64,000 nucleotides of DNA from a virus (lineage: Duplodnaviria > Heunggongvirae > Uroviricota > Caudoviricetes): positions 51,637 through 115,636 of IMG/VR virus record IMGVR_UViG_3300014204_000115. One strand, given 5' to 3'. The notes beneath the pieces are model-generated. The model was not told where the DNA came from. It worked only from the letters and a program-made list of their open reading frames with translations, and ran no database searches. Each line of letters opens with the position of its first letter. The first letter of the stretch is position 1. Both the position numbers and the translations under genes were made by a program. Below are positions 26,293 through 34,993 of this stretch, piece by piece.

Positions 26293-27297
26293 CTATTTCC
26301 CAATCCATAATTCTATATTTTTTTTGCAAATTTTATCAATTTTAAATCTATCTAAATTATTAATTAAATCTTTTTTTAATGAAGAATCTTTAAAAGAATT
26401 TATAATTTTATCTATAAAATTCAATTCGTTAAATTCAACTACACCATATTTTTTATAATATTTTAAAACTCTTGTTTTTTCATTAATTAATAATGGAGTA
26501 CCACTAGTTAATATTTCAGTAATAACTCTAGGACATCCATCTGTTCTATTTGAATTTACTATTCCAAATTTACTTTGATTTAAAACTATATTTATTTTTT
26601 CTCTATCTAATAATCCCAAAAATTCTATATTAGAAACACCATATTTTTTACATAATTCAATTCCAACTTTGCTATTATTTCCGATATGACATATTTTTAA
26701 TTTTCTTAAAAATTTTTCTTTTGGTATCTGACTAATTATAAAATCTGTTCCTTTATATTTAAGTTGTGAAAAATTTGAAATAATGCATAAATCATATTTT
26801 TTTTCTAAATCTAATGGTTTAAAAATATTTTGATTAGTTGTTTTATAAAATGGAATAGAATTGTTAACCTGATCTTTTTCATCTTCAATTAAAATTTTAT
26901 CATATATTCCACCATATTGAGGAAGCAATCTTTTTCCTGCAGCTAGATATAATTTTAATCCAAAAAAATTAGGATTCTTTTTTGTTAATTCACAATACTC
27001 AGGAAAACCACCTCTAAAAAAAGACATAGAAGATTTTTGAAATTTAAATATTTCATTAAAATTTTTAACCCATCTTTGAATAAATTGCTTACCATTTATA
27101 TCAAATATAATATCATCATGAATAATATTAGATAATCTCCAAATAATACACTGATCAAAGATATTATTTTCTAGAAACCAAATACATTGATTTAAATAGA
27201 AATCATGACAATTTTTTTTAAATGTATTTAAGTCTAAAAAATCGTGATAATATTCTAAGTTTTTTAGATTTGATCGGAAAATATATAAGGTTTTCAT
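26293..27297 (-). CDS. GT-B (GT4-like) glycosyltransferase
   Basis: KYKGTD..IEFLGLLDRE..LNQSKFGIVNS..DGCPRVITEILTSGTPLL. Confidence 0.8.
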   Translation of the reverse strand: MKTLYIFRSNLKNLEYYHDFLDLNTFKKNCHDFYLNQCIWFLENNIFDQCIIWRLSNIIHDDIIFDINGKQFIQRWVKNFNEIFKFQKSSMSFFRGGFPEYCELTKKNPNFFGLKLYLAAGKRLLPQYGGIYDKILIEDEKDQVNNSIPFYKTTNQNIFKPLDLEKKYDLCIISNFSQLKYKGTDFIISQIPKEKFLRKLKICHIGNNSKVGIELCKKYGVSNIEFLGLLDREKINIVLNQSKFGIVNSNRTDGCPRVITEILTSGTPLLINEKTRVLKYYKKYGVVEFNELNFIDKIINSFKDSSLKKDLINNLDRFKIDKICKKNIELWIGK

Positions 27298-27863
27298 TTA
27301 CATTTATCGCAAATGATATAATTTCTTCCATAACTTTTACCGCATTTACATATCTTTCCTTTGTATATAGCTGGATTTCCTACAAACATATTATGCGGAT
27401 CTACATCTTTTGTTACTACTGCTCCTGCTGCAACTAATGCATATTCTCCAATTACGTTTCCACAAATAATAGTTGAGTTAGCACCAATTGAACAACCCTT
27501 TTTTAAAATTGTAATCTTAAATTCATTTTTTCTGGATACTGTTGCTCTTGGATTTATAACATTTGTAAATACTGCACTGGGTCCAATAAAAACATCATCT
27601 TCAACAATTAAACCTTCATATAAAGAAACATTATTTTGAATTTTAACATTATTTCCGATAATTACGTTTGGACCTATTACACAATTTTGTCCAATAGAGC
27701 AATTTTTTCCAATTCTAGTTTTTCCCATAATGTGGCAAAAGTGCCATATTTTTGTTCCTTCACCAATTTCAACATTATCATCTATATAACATGATTCATG
27801 AACAAAATAAAGTTTTTCTAATTTTTTAAAAATTTTAATAGCATCTTTAATTTTATCAAACAT
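27294..27863 (-). CDS. hexapeptide-repeat sugar N-acetyltransferase, WbpD-like
   Basis: IGEGTKIWHFCH, KIQNNVSLY, VFIGPSAVFTNVINPR, VGNPA..G.IC.CG. Confidence 0.85.
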   Translation of the reverse strand: MFDKIKDAIKIFKKLEKLYFVHESCYIDDNVEIGEGTKIWHFCHIMGKTRIGKNCSIGQNCVIGPNVIIGNNVKIQNNVSLYEGLIVEDDVFIGPSAVFTNVINPRATVSRKNEFKITILKKGCSIGANSTIICGNVIGEYALVAAGAVVTKDVDPHNMFVGNPAIYKGKICKCGKSYGRNYIICDKCK

Positions 27864-27874
27864 ATAATCCCTTT

Positions 27875-28573
27875 CTAAAAATCTTTTCTAATGTAAATTG
27901 GTTTGTTTAACATATCTTTTCCATAACCATAAATATCACTATGTTTTTCTAACCACCAATGAAGATACATTACATCTTCTGGTTTAATTCCCTTATTTTC
28001 AAAAATAATTTTTTTATACATTTCAAAATATAAATCATCCATATTTATAGAATCAAGATTAAAATTTCCAACAAGTCTTTCTTGTTTTCCTTCTGTTGCA
28101 ACCATTCCTTCAAAATCAACTTTTAATTTTAATGCTAAAGAAACACCATGAATAAATAAATTATACCACAATCCTCCAGTAATTTTAGAATCTCCTTTAT
28201 TAGAATTCATATATTTTTCATCTCTGACCATTCTTATTTTTACTGTTTCGTGTGGAAGATTCTCTAAATAATTATATTGTAAAACAATATTAATTCTGTC
28301 ATCATCAATTGGGATCTGCCAGGGAAGCCATGATGGTTTTTCACATATAATATTCTTATTATTTTTTAAACCCATCTTTAAATAATTATAGTGTGTATTA
28401 CTTGGACTACATATTATTAGCCAATCAAATTCATACATAAATAAATCTTCTGGTTTTTGTAAATTTGATAATACTGGATCATATATATTTACTATTCTTC
28501 CACCAATTCTTTCTATGGCTTGTTTGTGTTTTTGAAAAATATATCCTGATCCAAGAACTCCAAATGTTAACAT
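27875..28573 (-). CDS. Gfo/Idh/MocA-family sugar oxidoreductase, WbpB-like
   Basis: FGVLGSGYI..H, ICSPSNTH, IICEKP, VLQY, NLFIH. Confidence 0.75.
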   Translation of the reverse strand: MLTFGVLGSGYIFQKHKQAIERIGGRIVNIYDPVLSNLQKPEDLFMYEFDWLIICSPSNTHYNYLKMGLKNNKNIICEKPSWLPWQIPIDDDRINIVLQYNYLENLPHETVKIRMVRDEKYMNSNKGDSKITGGLWYNLFIHGVSLALKLKVDFEGMVATEGKQERLVGNFNLDSINMDDLYFEMYKKIIFENKGIKPEDVMYLHWWLEKHSDIYGYGKDMLNKPIYIRKDF

Positions 28574-28608
28574 AATTTCTCCTTAAAAATTCATTATAAT
28601 TTTAACTA

Positions 28609-28622
28609 CTAAATATATTAAT
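28609..28622 (+). promoter_or_regulatory. class I upstream motif (variant CTAAATATATTAAT)
   Basis: precedes ncRNA candidate. Confidence 0.65.
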
Positions 28623-28624
28623 TA

Positions 28625-28860
28625 CTGTATAATAAGAAAAGAGTTTTTGGTATACTGTATTTCAGAAAACGTAAACTTCTTTTAAGCTTACTCCTCAGGA
28701 GGTGGAGTCCAATGATTCGATAACATTCTATATTAATAAAACATTTTATTATAATACTTAGCGGCCATGATGGAATAGAACTGAAGGTTGTAAATCGTTA
28801 CGAGCGCAAGTTCGCAACGTACCTTCAGTTTTATTCCTAGCCATTAAAATTATTTTTTTT
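28625..28860 (+). ncRNA. candidate structured non-coding RNA
   Basis: class I motif at 28609-28622; 17-bp helix 28772-88/28821-37 enclosing CGAGC-GCAA-GTTCG; no ORF >=60 aa. Confidence 0.5.
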
Positions 28861-28861
28861 G

Positions 28862-29545
28862 TTAAATTTTAGAATTCTCTTTTCTAAAATTTTTTACTCT
28901 ATTTAATGGTAATTCCATACATCTTAATCCAGTTACAGATAGAGAATATAACGTTATATATCCAGCATTATATACGTTTCTATTTAAATCTATATTTGGA
29001 GTATTTTTTATTCTTTTATGTAAAAATGTATATTTATTATCAATATTACTTGATAATAAAAATTCAGTTATAGCTCTTTTAATATAATCAATTGGATATT
29101 CATTTTTAAATTCTATTTTAATATGAAATGAATTTTTTCCAGTAAACCTAACTTTTAAATCATTTGCAAATTTAAATCTAGTTAATAAATTATATAATTC
29201 TAAGGTTGCTTCTTTAGCTTTGTTAAAATCATCTGTATCAATATCTACAATTCCAAAACCAGAATAATTATCCATTACAGAATGAAAACTCAATGTTCTT
29301 CCACTAACAATTGTATTATAATCTGATGGTGTTAATCTTATTAAACCTTTAGATTTATTTTTTCTTAAAACTGTTGTTTTATTTAAATCTGTTGCAAAAA
29401 ATACAATTAAACTTTTACCTAATGTTTCTCTTAATAAATTATTTTTATTTTTTTGATAATAATTCCAGATATCTATTTCTTTTAATCCTTCCGGATAATA
29501 TTCATTCGTAAGAATTATAGTTTCTGGATTTTGTGGATAAGACAT
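28862..29545 (-). CDS. AEP-superfamily primase-polymerase, LigD polymerase-domain-like
   Basis: IWNYY, GIVDIDT (DxD), RFTGKNSFHI, IDLNRN..ITLYSL. Confidence 0.75.
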   Translation of the reverse strand: MSYPQNPETIILTNEYYPEGLKEIDIWNYYQKNKNNLLRETLGKSLIVFFATDLNKTTVLRKNKSKGLIRLTPSDYNTIVSGRTLSFHSVMDNYSGFGIVDIDTDDFNKAKEATLELYNLLTRFKFANDLKVRFTGKNSFHIKIEFKNEYPIDYIKRAITEFLLSSNIDNKYTFLHKRIKNTPNIDLNRNVYNAGYITLYSLSVTGLRCMELPLNRVKNFRKENSKI

Positions 29546-29589
29546 TTATTTAAATCTCCTTTATTTTTTGTTCATTATATTAACAAAAA

Positions 29590-29603
29590 CTACATATATT
29601 AAT
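29590..29603 (+). promoter_or_regulatory. class I upstream motif CTACATATATTAAT
   Basis: exact copy; precedes small ORFs. Confidence 0.75.
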
Positions 29604-29725
29604 TTTTGAAAAAATAAAATTTATGGAGATATTTTATGAAAAAAAAATATGTTTCGAGTTCAGAACCATCTGCTATCCAGAAATATTAATAATTGATTAA
29701 ATAAATAGAAAGGGGGGAAAATAAA

Positions 29726-29899
29726 ATGTCGGAATCTACATTAAAGTTGATTAAATCTGATCTGGATCGTATTGAAGATTTAATATCTATGATTCCAGAT
29801 TATGATGAGAAGAAAGAATTTTTAAAGTTGAGATATGAATCTCTCAAAAGATCATTCGAAAGTGTAGTAGAAATGGATGTAATTCTAAATAAAAGGTGA
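29726..29899 (+). CDS. small hypothetical protein (57 aa)
   Basis: manual translation MSESTLKLIKSDLDRIEDL...ILNKR*; SD AAAGGGGGG. Confidence 0.6.
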   Translation: MSESTLKLIKSDLDRIEDLISMIPDYDEKKEFLKLRYESLKRSFESVVEMDVILNKR

Positions 29900-29958
29900 G
29901 AATAGTTTAAAAAATAGGCGAAATATTTTCGCTTATTTTTTCATTATAAAATCATTAT

Positions 29959-29972
29959 CTACATATATTAAT
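29959..29972 (+). promoter_or_regulatory. class I upstream motif CTACATATATTAAT
   Basis: exact copy; precedes the 340-nt ncRNA candidate. Confidence 0.75.
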
Positions 29973-29977
29973 ATTTG

Positions 29978-30317
29978 AATTAAGAGAGAAGGGTTGTTGG
30001 GTCTGATTCTCCTGGATCTCTTTAGGTATCTATTAAAACTGTGGGAGGTTTTAGTTGGATACTGAAAACTTGTTATATATTTGTTAGTATTGGCCGCTAC
30101 TATACACGCGCAAAATATATAGCAACGTAAGGCGGCACACTATGGTGGTAAAAGATGCCCGGGCATACGTCCGTTGCTTTCGGGCCGAAGAGTTGGGAAT
30201 GCTATTATGACGGCGTTCCATGTAAGAGGTATTATCGTACAGACAATTCAAGTTATTGAATAGTCGAAAAACTGCGTCAACCAGACTTCATGAACCCATC
30301 ATGAACGCAGTTTTTTT
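29978..30317 (+). ncRNA. candidate ~340-nt structured non-coding RNA
   Basis: class I motif at 29959-29972; six or more helices with G-U pairs; terminator-like end; no ORF >=60 aa. Confidence 0.55.
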
Positions 30318-30358
30318 GTTCAAATTTAAAGAATTTTTTTTCAGTATTAAGTAAGTTA

Positions 30359-30372
30359 CTACATATATTAAT
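30359..30372 (+). promoter_or_regulatory. class I upstream motif CTACATATATTAAT
   Basis: exact copy; precedes the tRNA-like RNA. Confidence 0.75.
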
Positions 30373-30376
30373 TATT

Positions 30377-30513
30377 GAATGGAGAAGGAAGTTGTTTTTA
30401 AATTTTCTTACTGGGAGAATAGTTAGTGGTTATCCAGGAAACCAATGATGACAAGTTTAAATAAACAATTGGCCTCATTGTCCAAATCAAGGTTCGATTC
30501 CTTGACTCCATTC
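30377..30513 (+). ncRNA. tRNA-like RNA (intact T arm plus acceptor-like stem)
   Basis: CAAGG-TTCGATT-CCTTG at 30488-30504; GAATGGAG (30377-84) pairs with CTCCATTC (30506-13); class I motif at 30359-72. Confidence 0.5.
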
Positions 30514-30573
30514 TTACATAATAATGAAGGGATATATAAATATATCCCATATAATAAATAAAAGGAGAAAAAT

Positions 30574-30867
30574 ATGATAGAATTTCAAGCATCTTCTAAT
30601 GGTTCTGGTAATATATGGATTGAACTTCGTAATATGAGGTTTCGTAATAAACAGATTCGAAACAAAAAAACCTGGGAAAAAAAGTATCTTTTGGAGAGAA
30701 GAAGCTGGGCTTTTTACTGCAGAGAAATTTCCAAAATATCTAGGCATTTTGGAAATGTAACAATTTATCTTCATGATGGGTCAAAAGAAGTATTCAATTG
30801 TATTCTGGGATTTAAGTCTAAAAAACTTGAATCTAGATTGCGTTACATAATGAGAACTGAACGATGA
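30574..30867 (+). CDS. hypothetical protein (paralogue of 30901..31293)
   Basis: 97 aa, SD AGGAG. Confidence 0.65.
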   Translation: MIEFQASSNGSGNIWIELRNMRFRNKQIRNKKTWEKKYLLERRSWAFYCREISKISRHFGNVTIYLHDGSKEVFNCILGFKSKKLESRLRYIMRTER

Positions 30868-30900
30868 TATAAGGAATAAAAATAAAAGGAGAATGGAGAA

Positions 30901-31293
30901 ATGAAAAACATCGGAATAATCGACAGAGGTGGATATTTGACAATAACAATTTCAGATGCTTGGGAATCGAAAGAAATTTCTTTTCATGCTTCTGATGTGG
31001 AATCGATCTCAAGAGATTGGTCAACGGTCAACATCAACTTCAACAACGGAACAAAAAAGCGAGTTGAGTTAACGTTTCAGTCGGATGCAATAAACTTTGA
31101 GTGCAGACTGCGAAATGCAATTGACCCTTATCGTTATCGTCACAATGTAGTTACAGAACGGGTCACCAGATATGTCCCGGGCAACAGTGATATGACAGTT
31201 GCAGCAGTTGGTGCTGGTGTAGTTGCTGTGGCTGCTGCGGCAGCATCTATCATTGATAGACTCTGCAATAAGAAGAGTAACAAACATCGATAA
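30901..31293 (+). CDS. hypothetical protein with C-terminal hydrophobic segment
   Basis: 130 aa; VAAVGAGVVAVAAAAASII. Confidence 0.7.
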   Translation: MKNIGIIDRGGYLTITISDAWESKEISFHASDVESISRDWSTVNINFNNGTKKRVELTFQSDAINFECRLRNAIDPYRYRHNVVTERVTRYVPGNSDMTVAAVGAGVVAVAAAAASIIDRLCNKKSNKHR

Positions 31294-31307
31294 GGAAAAA
31301 ATCAATA

Positions 31308-31501
31308 TGAAAATGGATAGGTCTAAAAGAACGATTGAGAATTGGCAGGAGTGGTGCAAGTTTATTCGTCAACAGTTAAATAATCAGAAGTTTGACATTA
31401 TCTTCGCTGGTCATCAATGGCGTCTTTACTGGACTGGTTACAGAGGTATTGACCTCTCTGATTTGGCTATTCATCTCATCGATCGGTATGGATATAGATA
31501 A
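31308..31501 (+). CDS. small hypothetical protein
   Basis: C-terminal part of track ORF 31223..31501; likely start MKMDRS after AAGGAA. Confidence 0.5.
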
Positions 31502-31502
31502 T

Positions 31503-31531
31503 AAAAAAGGAGACTCAACATCTCCTTTTTT
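31503..31531. terminator. bidirectional intrinsic terminator
   Basis: AAAAAAGGAGA-N7-TCTCCTTTTTT between convergent genes. Confidence 0.8.
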
Positions 31532-31550
31532 ATTACAATTTATTTTTTGT

Positions 31551-32699
31551 TTAAATAAATATTTTATTTCTAATTTCTTTTAAAACATCAATAGTATAAT
31601 CTATATCTTTTCTTGATAATTTATAAAACATTGGTAATCTAATTGATCTATTATAAACATCTAAAGAATTAAAACAATTATCTTCTTCGTTATTATAGCA
31701 AGGTTGAATATAAGAAGAATAGGTTCCTATCTGACACTGTATCCCATTATCTTTTAGAATTTGAATTAATTTATTTCTATCTACTGATTCTGAAACTAAA
31801 CAATTATATCCCTGAAAGTTATGAATATTTCCTTTACCCTTTCTAACGTATGGAGCATAAATATAATCTATTTCTTTTAATCTTTTATTCCAATATCTTG
31901 CAAGAGCATTTTTCTTTTTAATAATTTTATCTAATTTATTAAACTGAGCAATTCCAATGGCTGCAGCAATATCACTTAGTTTATAATTAAAACCAATAGT
32001 TTCAAAAACTGGAATTTCAAAATCTTTACTAATTTCTCTGCTCCATGTGTTTAGTCCAAATGATCCAAGACTTCTAGCTCTTTTAGCTATTTCATTATCA
32101 TCTGTAACTAATAGTCCTCCTTCTCCAACTCCAACTCCTTTAGTTGCATGCATTGAGAAACATCCAATTTTTCCAATTGTTCCGCAAAAAGTTCCTTTAT
32201 ATTTTGACCCCATAGCACATGCAGCATCTTCAATAACAGGAATATTTTTTTTGTATGAAAAGTTCATAATTTTATCCATATCACATGATTGACCAAAAGC
32301 ATGAACAACTATAATAGCTTTAGTTTTCTTTCTATCATATTTCTTCTTAATATCCTTTATATCTATATTATATGTTTTAGGATCTATATCAACAAAAACA
32401 GGTTTTAATCCACAATATAAAACAGAATGTCCTGTAGCAGGATATGTATAATCAGCTACAAGAATCTCACCTTTCTCGTCATCTTTATTTTCAATTCCCA
32501 GACTTAAAATTGCTAAATGTAAAGCTGTTGTACATGATGAAGTACAAATTACATTTCCAACTCCTAAATATTCAGAAACCATTCTTTCTAATTCAATATT
32601 TTTTGGTCCTTTTGTTAACCATCCAGTATCTAATACTTTTTTAACTTCTGTTAATTCATTTTTATCAATCCATAATCTTGATAATGGCACATTTCTCAT
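31551..32699 (-). CDS. DegT/DnrJ/EryC1/StrS sugar aminotransferase
   Basis: GWLTKGP, TSSCTTALHLA, PVFVDID, VIEDAACAMG, CFSMHATK..VGEGG, GFNYKLSD. Confidence 0.92.
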   Translation of the reverse strand: MRNVPLSRLWIDKNELTEVKKVLDTGWLTKGPKNIELERMVSEYLGVGNVICTSSCTTALHLAILSLGIENKDDEKGEILVADYTYPATGHSVLYCGLKPVFVDIDPKTYNIDIKDIKKKYDRKKTKAIIVVHAFGQSCDMDKIMNFSYKKNIPVIEDAACAMGSKYKGTFCGTIGKIGCFSMHATKGVGVGEGGLLVTDDNEIAKRARSLGSFGLNTWSREISKDFEIPVFETIGFNYKLSDIAAAIGIAQFNKLDKIIKKKNALARYWNKRLKEIDYIYAPYVRKGKGNIHNFQGYNCLVSESVDRNKLIQILKDNGIQCQIGTYSSYIQPCYNNEEDNCFNSLDVYNRSIRLPMFYKLSRKDIDYTIDVLKEIRNKIFI

Positions 32700-33562
32700 T
32701 TTTTTAGTTTCTCCTTATCATATTTCTTTTTTAAATCTTGTTGTAATTTCTTAATTATATCATCTAAATCTTTTACATGTGTATTAATATATTTTTTTGA
32801 ATCTTTTAATTTGTTAATAATTTCTTTTGGTATATAATCTTCTAATTTATAATCAATTGGATAATAATTTTTTTCAATAACATTTTCTGATATTCTTTTT
32901 CCTCTTTTAGCTCCAGATAAATTATTTAAACCATGTGTAGAAAATCCATATTTCCAACTATCAGAAATATTTTCATAAACTTTTAAATTATTATTGGTTA
33001 TTCTTAATAATTCAAAATATAAATGTTTATCAACACCTCTCCCAAATTTTTTTAATCCAGTAATTTCTCTTGCAATTTTTAATGATATTCCTCTTTCAGA
33101 TGTATCACCTCTGTATTCATTTTTACTAGTATCATATAAACTAATTTTTTCATCTTCAATATTATAAAAAATAGTTTTTGATGATCTATAACAATCATAA
33201 TCTTGATCTATTAAAACATTATATTGATTTGAAAAACTTGTAGGTGGTAAATAAAAATCTGTGGCTGCAAAAGTAATAATTTTTGAATCTTCATTACAAT
33301 AATTTATTAAATGTAATGTTTTTAATCCTAACGGTATCCATTTTTTTAATGAATAGTATTTAATATCAACACATCCAATCTTTTCTAATTGAGGTTTATA
33401 TTTTAAAATTTCATCTAATCCAAAAGATTCTTCATTTTCTTCCTCTTCTAATATTAACTCCCATTCAAAATTAATATCTTCTTGTCTGATCATTGATTCA
33501 AATAACAACCAAGCAATGTATTTAGATCTAAACATTGGAATACAAACAGAAAATTCAATCAT
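32696..33562 (-). CDS. GT-A (GT2-like) glycosyltransferase
   Basis: FSVCIPMFRS..ESMIRQE..WELIL. Confidence 0.65.
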   Translation of the reverse strand: MIEFSVCIPMFRSKYIAWLLFESMIRQEDINFEWELILEEEENEESFGLDEILKYKPQLEKIGCVDIKYYSLKKWIPLGLKTLHLINYCNEDSKIITFAATDFYLPPTSFSNQYNVLIDQDYDCYRSSKTIFYNIEDEKISLYDTSKNEYRGDTSERGISLKIAREITGLKKFGRGVDKHLYFELLRITNNNLKVYENISDSWKYGFSTHGLNNLSGAKRGKRISENVIEKNYYPIDYKLEDYIPKEIINKLKDSKKYINTHVKDLDDIIKKLQQDLKKKYDKEKLKK

Positions 33563-33564
33563 TT

Positions 33565-34329
33565 TTAATTTAACTCCAAATATGAGATTGATGTACCAAA
33601 ATTAAGAATTTTCTTAATAGATATATTATTAAATCCATTAAAAACATCAAATACAGCTTTTGTTTCACCAGGCCATTGAGGATTATTTAATTGATCGAAA
33701 GCTATAATTGAACCTTTTGTCATTCTTGGTAAAAATAATTCCAAACAATATTTTGTTGGTTCATAGATATCAAAATCTAAATATAACAAACTAATTACAA
33801 TATGTTTATTTTCTTCTAAAAATTTTGGAACAGTATTTAAAACATCACCTCTTATTAAACTAATTTTTTCTATATTATTAAAAAATCTAGTCTTATCATA
33901 GATACTAATAGCTTTATTTAAATCATCTTCTGAATCAATATATAATTCTCCTTCTTTACAAAATTTAGATGAAAAATCAGATTTATCATTCTTTGTAATA
34001 TTTGGAAATCCTGTAAAAGTGTCAAATCCAAAAATTCTTCTTTGATGGTTTGCTGGTTCTAATATTGAACTAAAATGTGCCCAACTCATTAATCCTCCAC
34101 CAAACAGAACTCCACATTCTATAATTGAACCCTGAACATCTAATACTTTTTTAAAAATTTCATATTTAGTAAGAAATCTTGACATTGATGTTCTTGTAAT
34201 ATATTTTGGAAAATTATCAAGTTTATCAGCAATTGTTCCAATACTATTTTCAAAATAATCTGACATGGAATTAATTTGATCAATATTATTTTTAGATAAC
34301 TTCTCCTTAAAACTAGCTTTTGACTCCAT
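33565..34329 (-). CDS. TylF/MycF-family sugar O-methyltransferase
   Basis: GSIIECGVLFGGG, FGFDTFTGFP, ISLLYLDFDIYEPT, IAFD. Confidence 0.85.
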   Translation of the reverse strand: MESKASFKEKLSKNNIDQINSMSDYFENSIGTIADKLDNFPKYITRTSMSRFLTKYEIFKKVLDVQGSIIECGVLFGGGLMSWAHFSSILEPANHQRRIFGFDTFTGFPNITKNDKSDFSSKFCKEGELYIDSEDDLNKAISIYDKTRFFNNIEKISLIRGDVLNTVPKFLEENKHIVISLLYLDFDIYEPTKYCLELFLPRMTKGSIIAFDQLNNPQWPGETKAVFDVFNGFNNISIKKILNFGTSISYLELN

Positions 34330-34330
34330 T

Positions 34331-34990
34331 TTATTTTCCTTTCCTTTTAGCTGGCGATCCCATTACTATTTCATCATCTAAAACATCTTTTGTAACTACA
34401 GAATTTGCGCCAATTGTTGCATTTTCTCCAATTATTATATTTGGTAGTAAACAAGAACCTTGCCCAATTTTTACCCCTCTTTTAATTATTGGACCTCTTT
34501 GATCCTCTAGTTTTGCATTTCCTTTTCCCATTGAGTTATCGTTAGCAGAAGTTGTCAACATTCCTATAAATACATTATCTTCTATAATTGCATTTCCTGT
34601 AATATGACAATTATCCATAATCTTAACATTCTTTCCAATTTTGGTATTTACATTAATAGTAACACCTTGAGCAATCAGAGAATTTTCTCCAATTATAACC
34701 AATTCTCTAATACAAGCTGTATCACAAATCATAGTATTTTTTCCAATTTTTGCTCCTTTATATATTACAGAATTTGATCCAATAATACAATTACTTTCAA
34801 TTGTTGTTGTTGGTAATTTATTAATATCTATTTTTCTTTTAGTTGCTCCAGATGAAAGAGGTGGTCTTCCAATAACAGCGCCAGGAAAAATAGTAACATT
34901 AGGACCAATAAAAACATCTGGATAAATAAAACAAATTTGTTTAGCTTTACTAATTCCTCTCCATAAATTCATTAAATTTTTAAAGATCAT
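34331..34990 (-). CDS. hexapeptide-repeat acetyltransferase
   Basis: repeated [IV]GxxxI hexads, IGANSVVTKDV..GSPAK. Confidence 0.85.
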   Translation of the reverse strand: MIFKNLMNLWRGISKAKQICFIYPDVFIGPNVTIFPGAVIGRPPLSSGATKRKIDINKLPTTTIESNCIIGSNSVIYKGAKIGKNTMICDTACIRELVIIGENSLIAQGVTINVNTKIGKNVKIMDNCHITGNAIIEDNVFIGMLTTSANDNSMGKGNAKLEDQRGPIIKRGVKIGQGSCLLPNIIIGENATIGANSVVTKDVLDDEIVMGSPAKRKGK

Positions 34991-34993
34991 AAA

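Noticed and set aside
29636-29689. 17-aa ORF MKKKYVSSSEPSAIQKY with an A9 run (second slippage site?)
   Set aside because: It has an SD and a class I motif, but both frames give only ~20 aa, so the real frame cannot be judged.
29998-30513. tmRNA (GGGTCTGATTCT resembles the ssrA 5' end; T arm at 30488; GCA AAA TAT ATA GCA ACG TAA as a tag)
   Set aside because: The 5' GGGTCTG has no complementary 3' acceptor strand, a terminator and a new class I motif lie between the two parts, and the tag context is atypical.
30529-30548. T4 late promoter TATAAATA inside hairpin GGGATATA-TAAA-TATATCCC
   Set aside because: Single occurrence in very AT-rich DNA, better explained as part of the hairpin; not recurrent upstream of genes.
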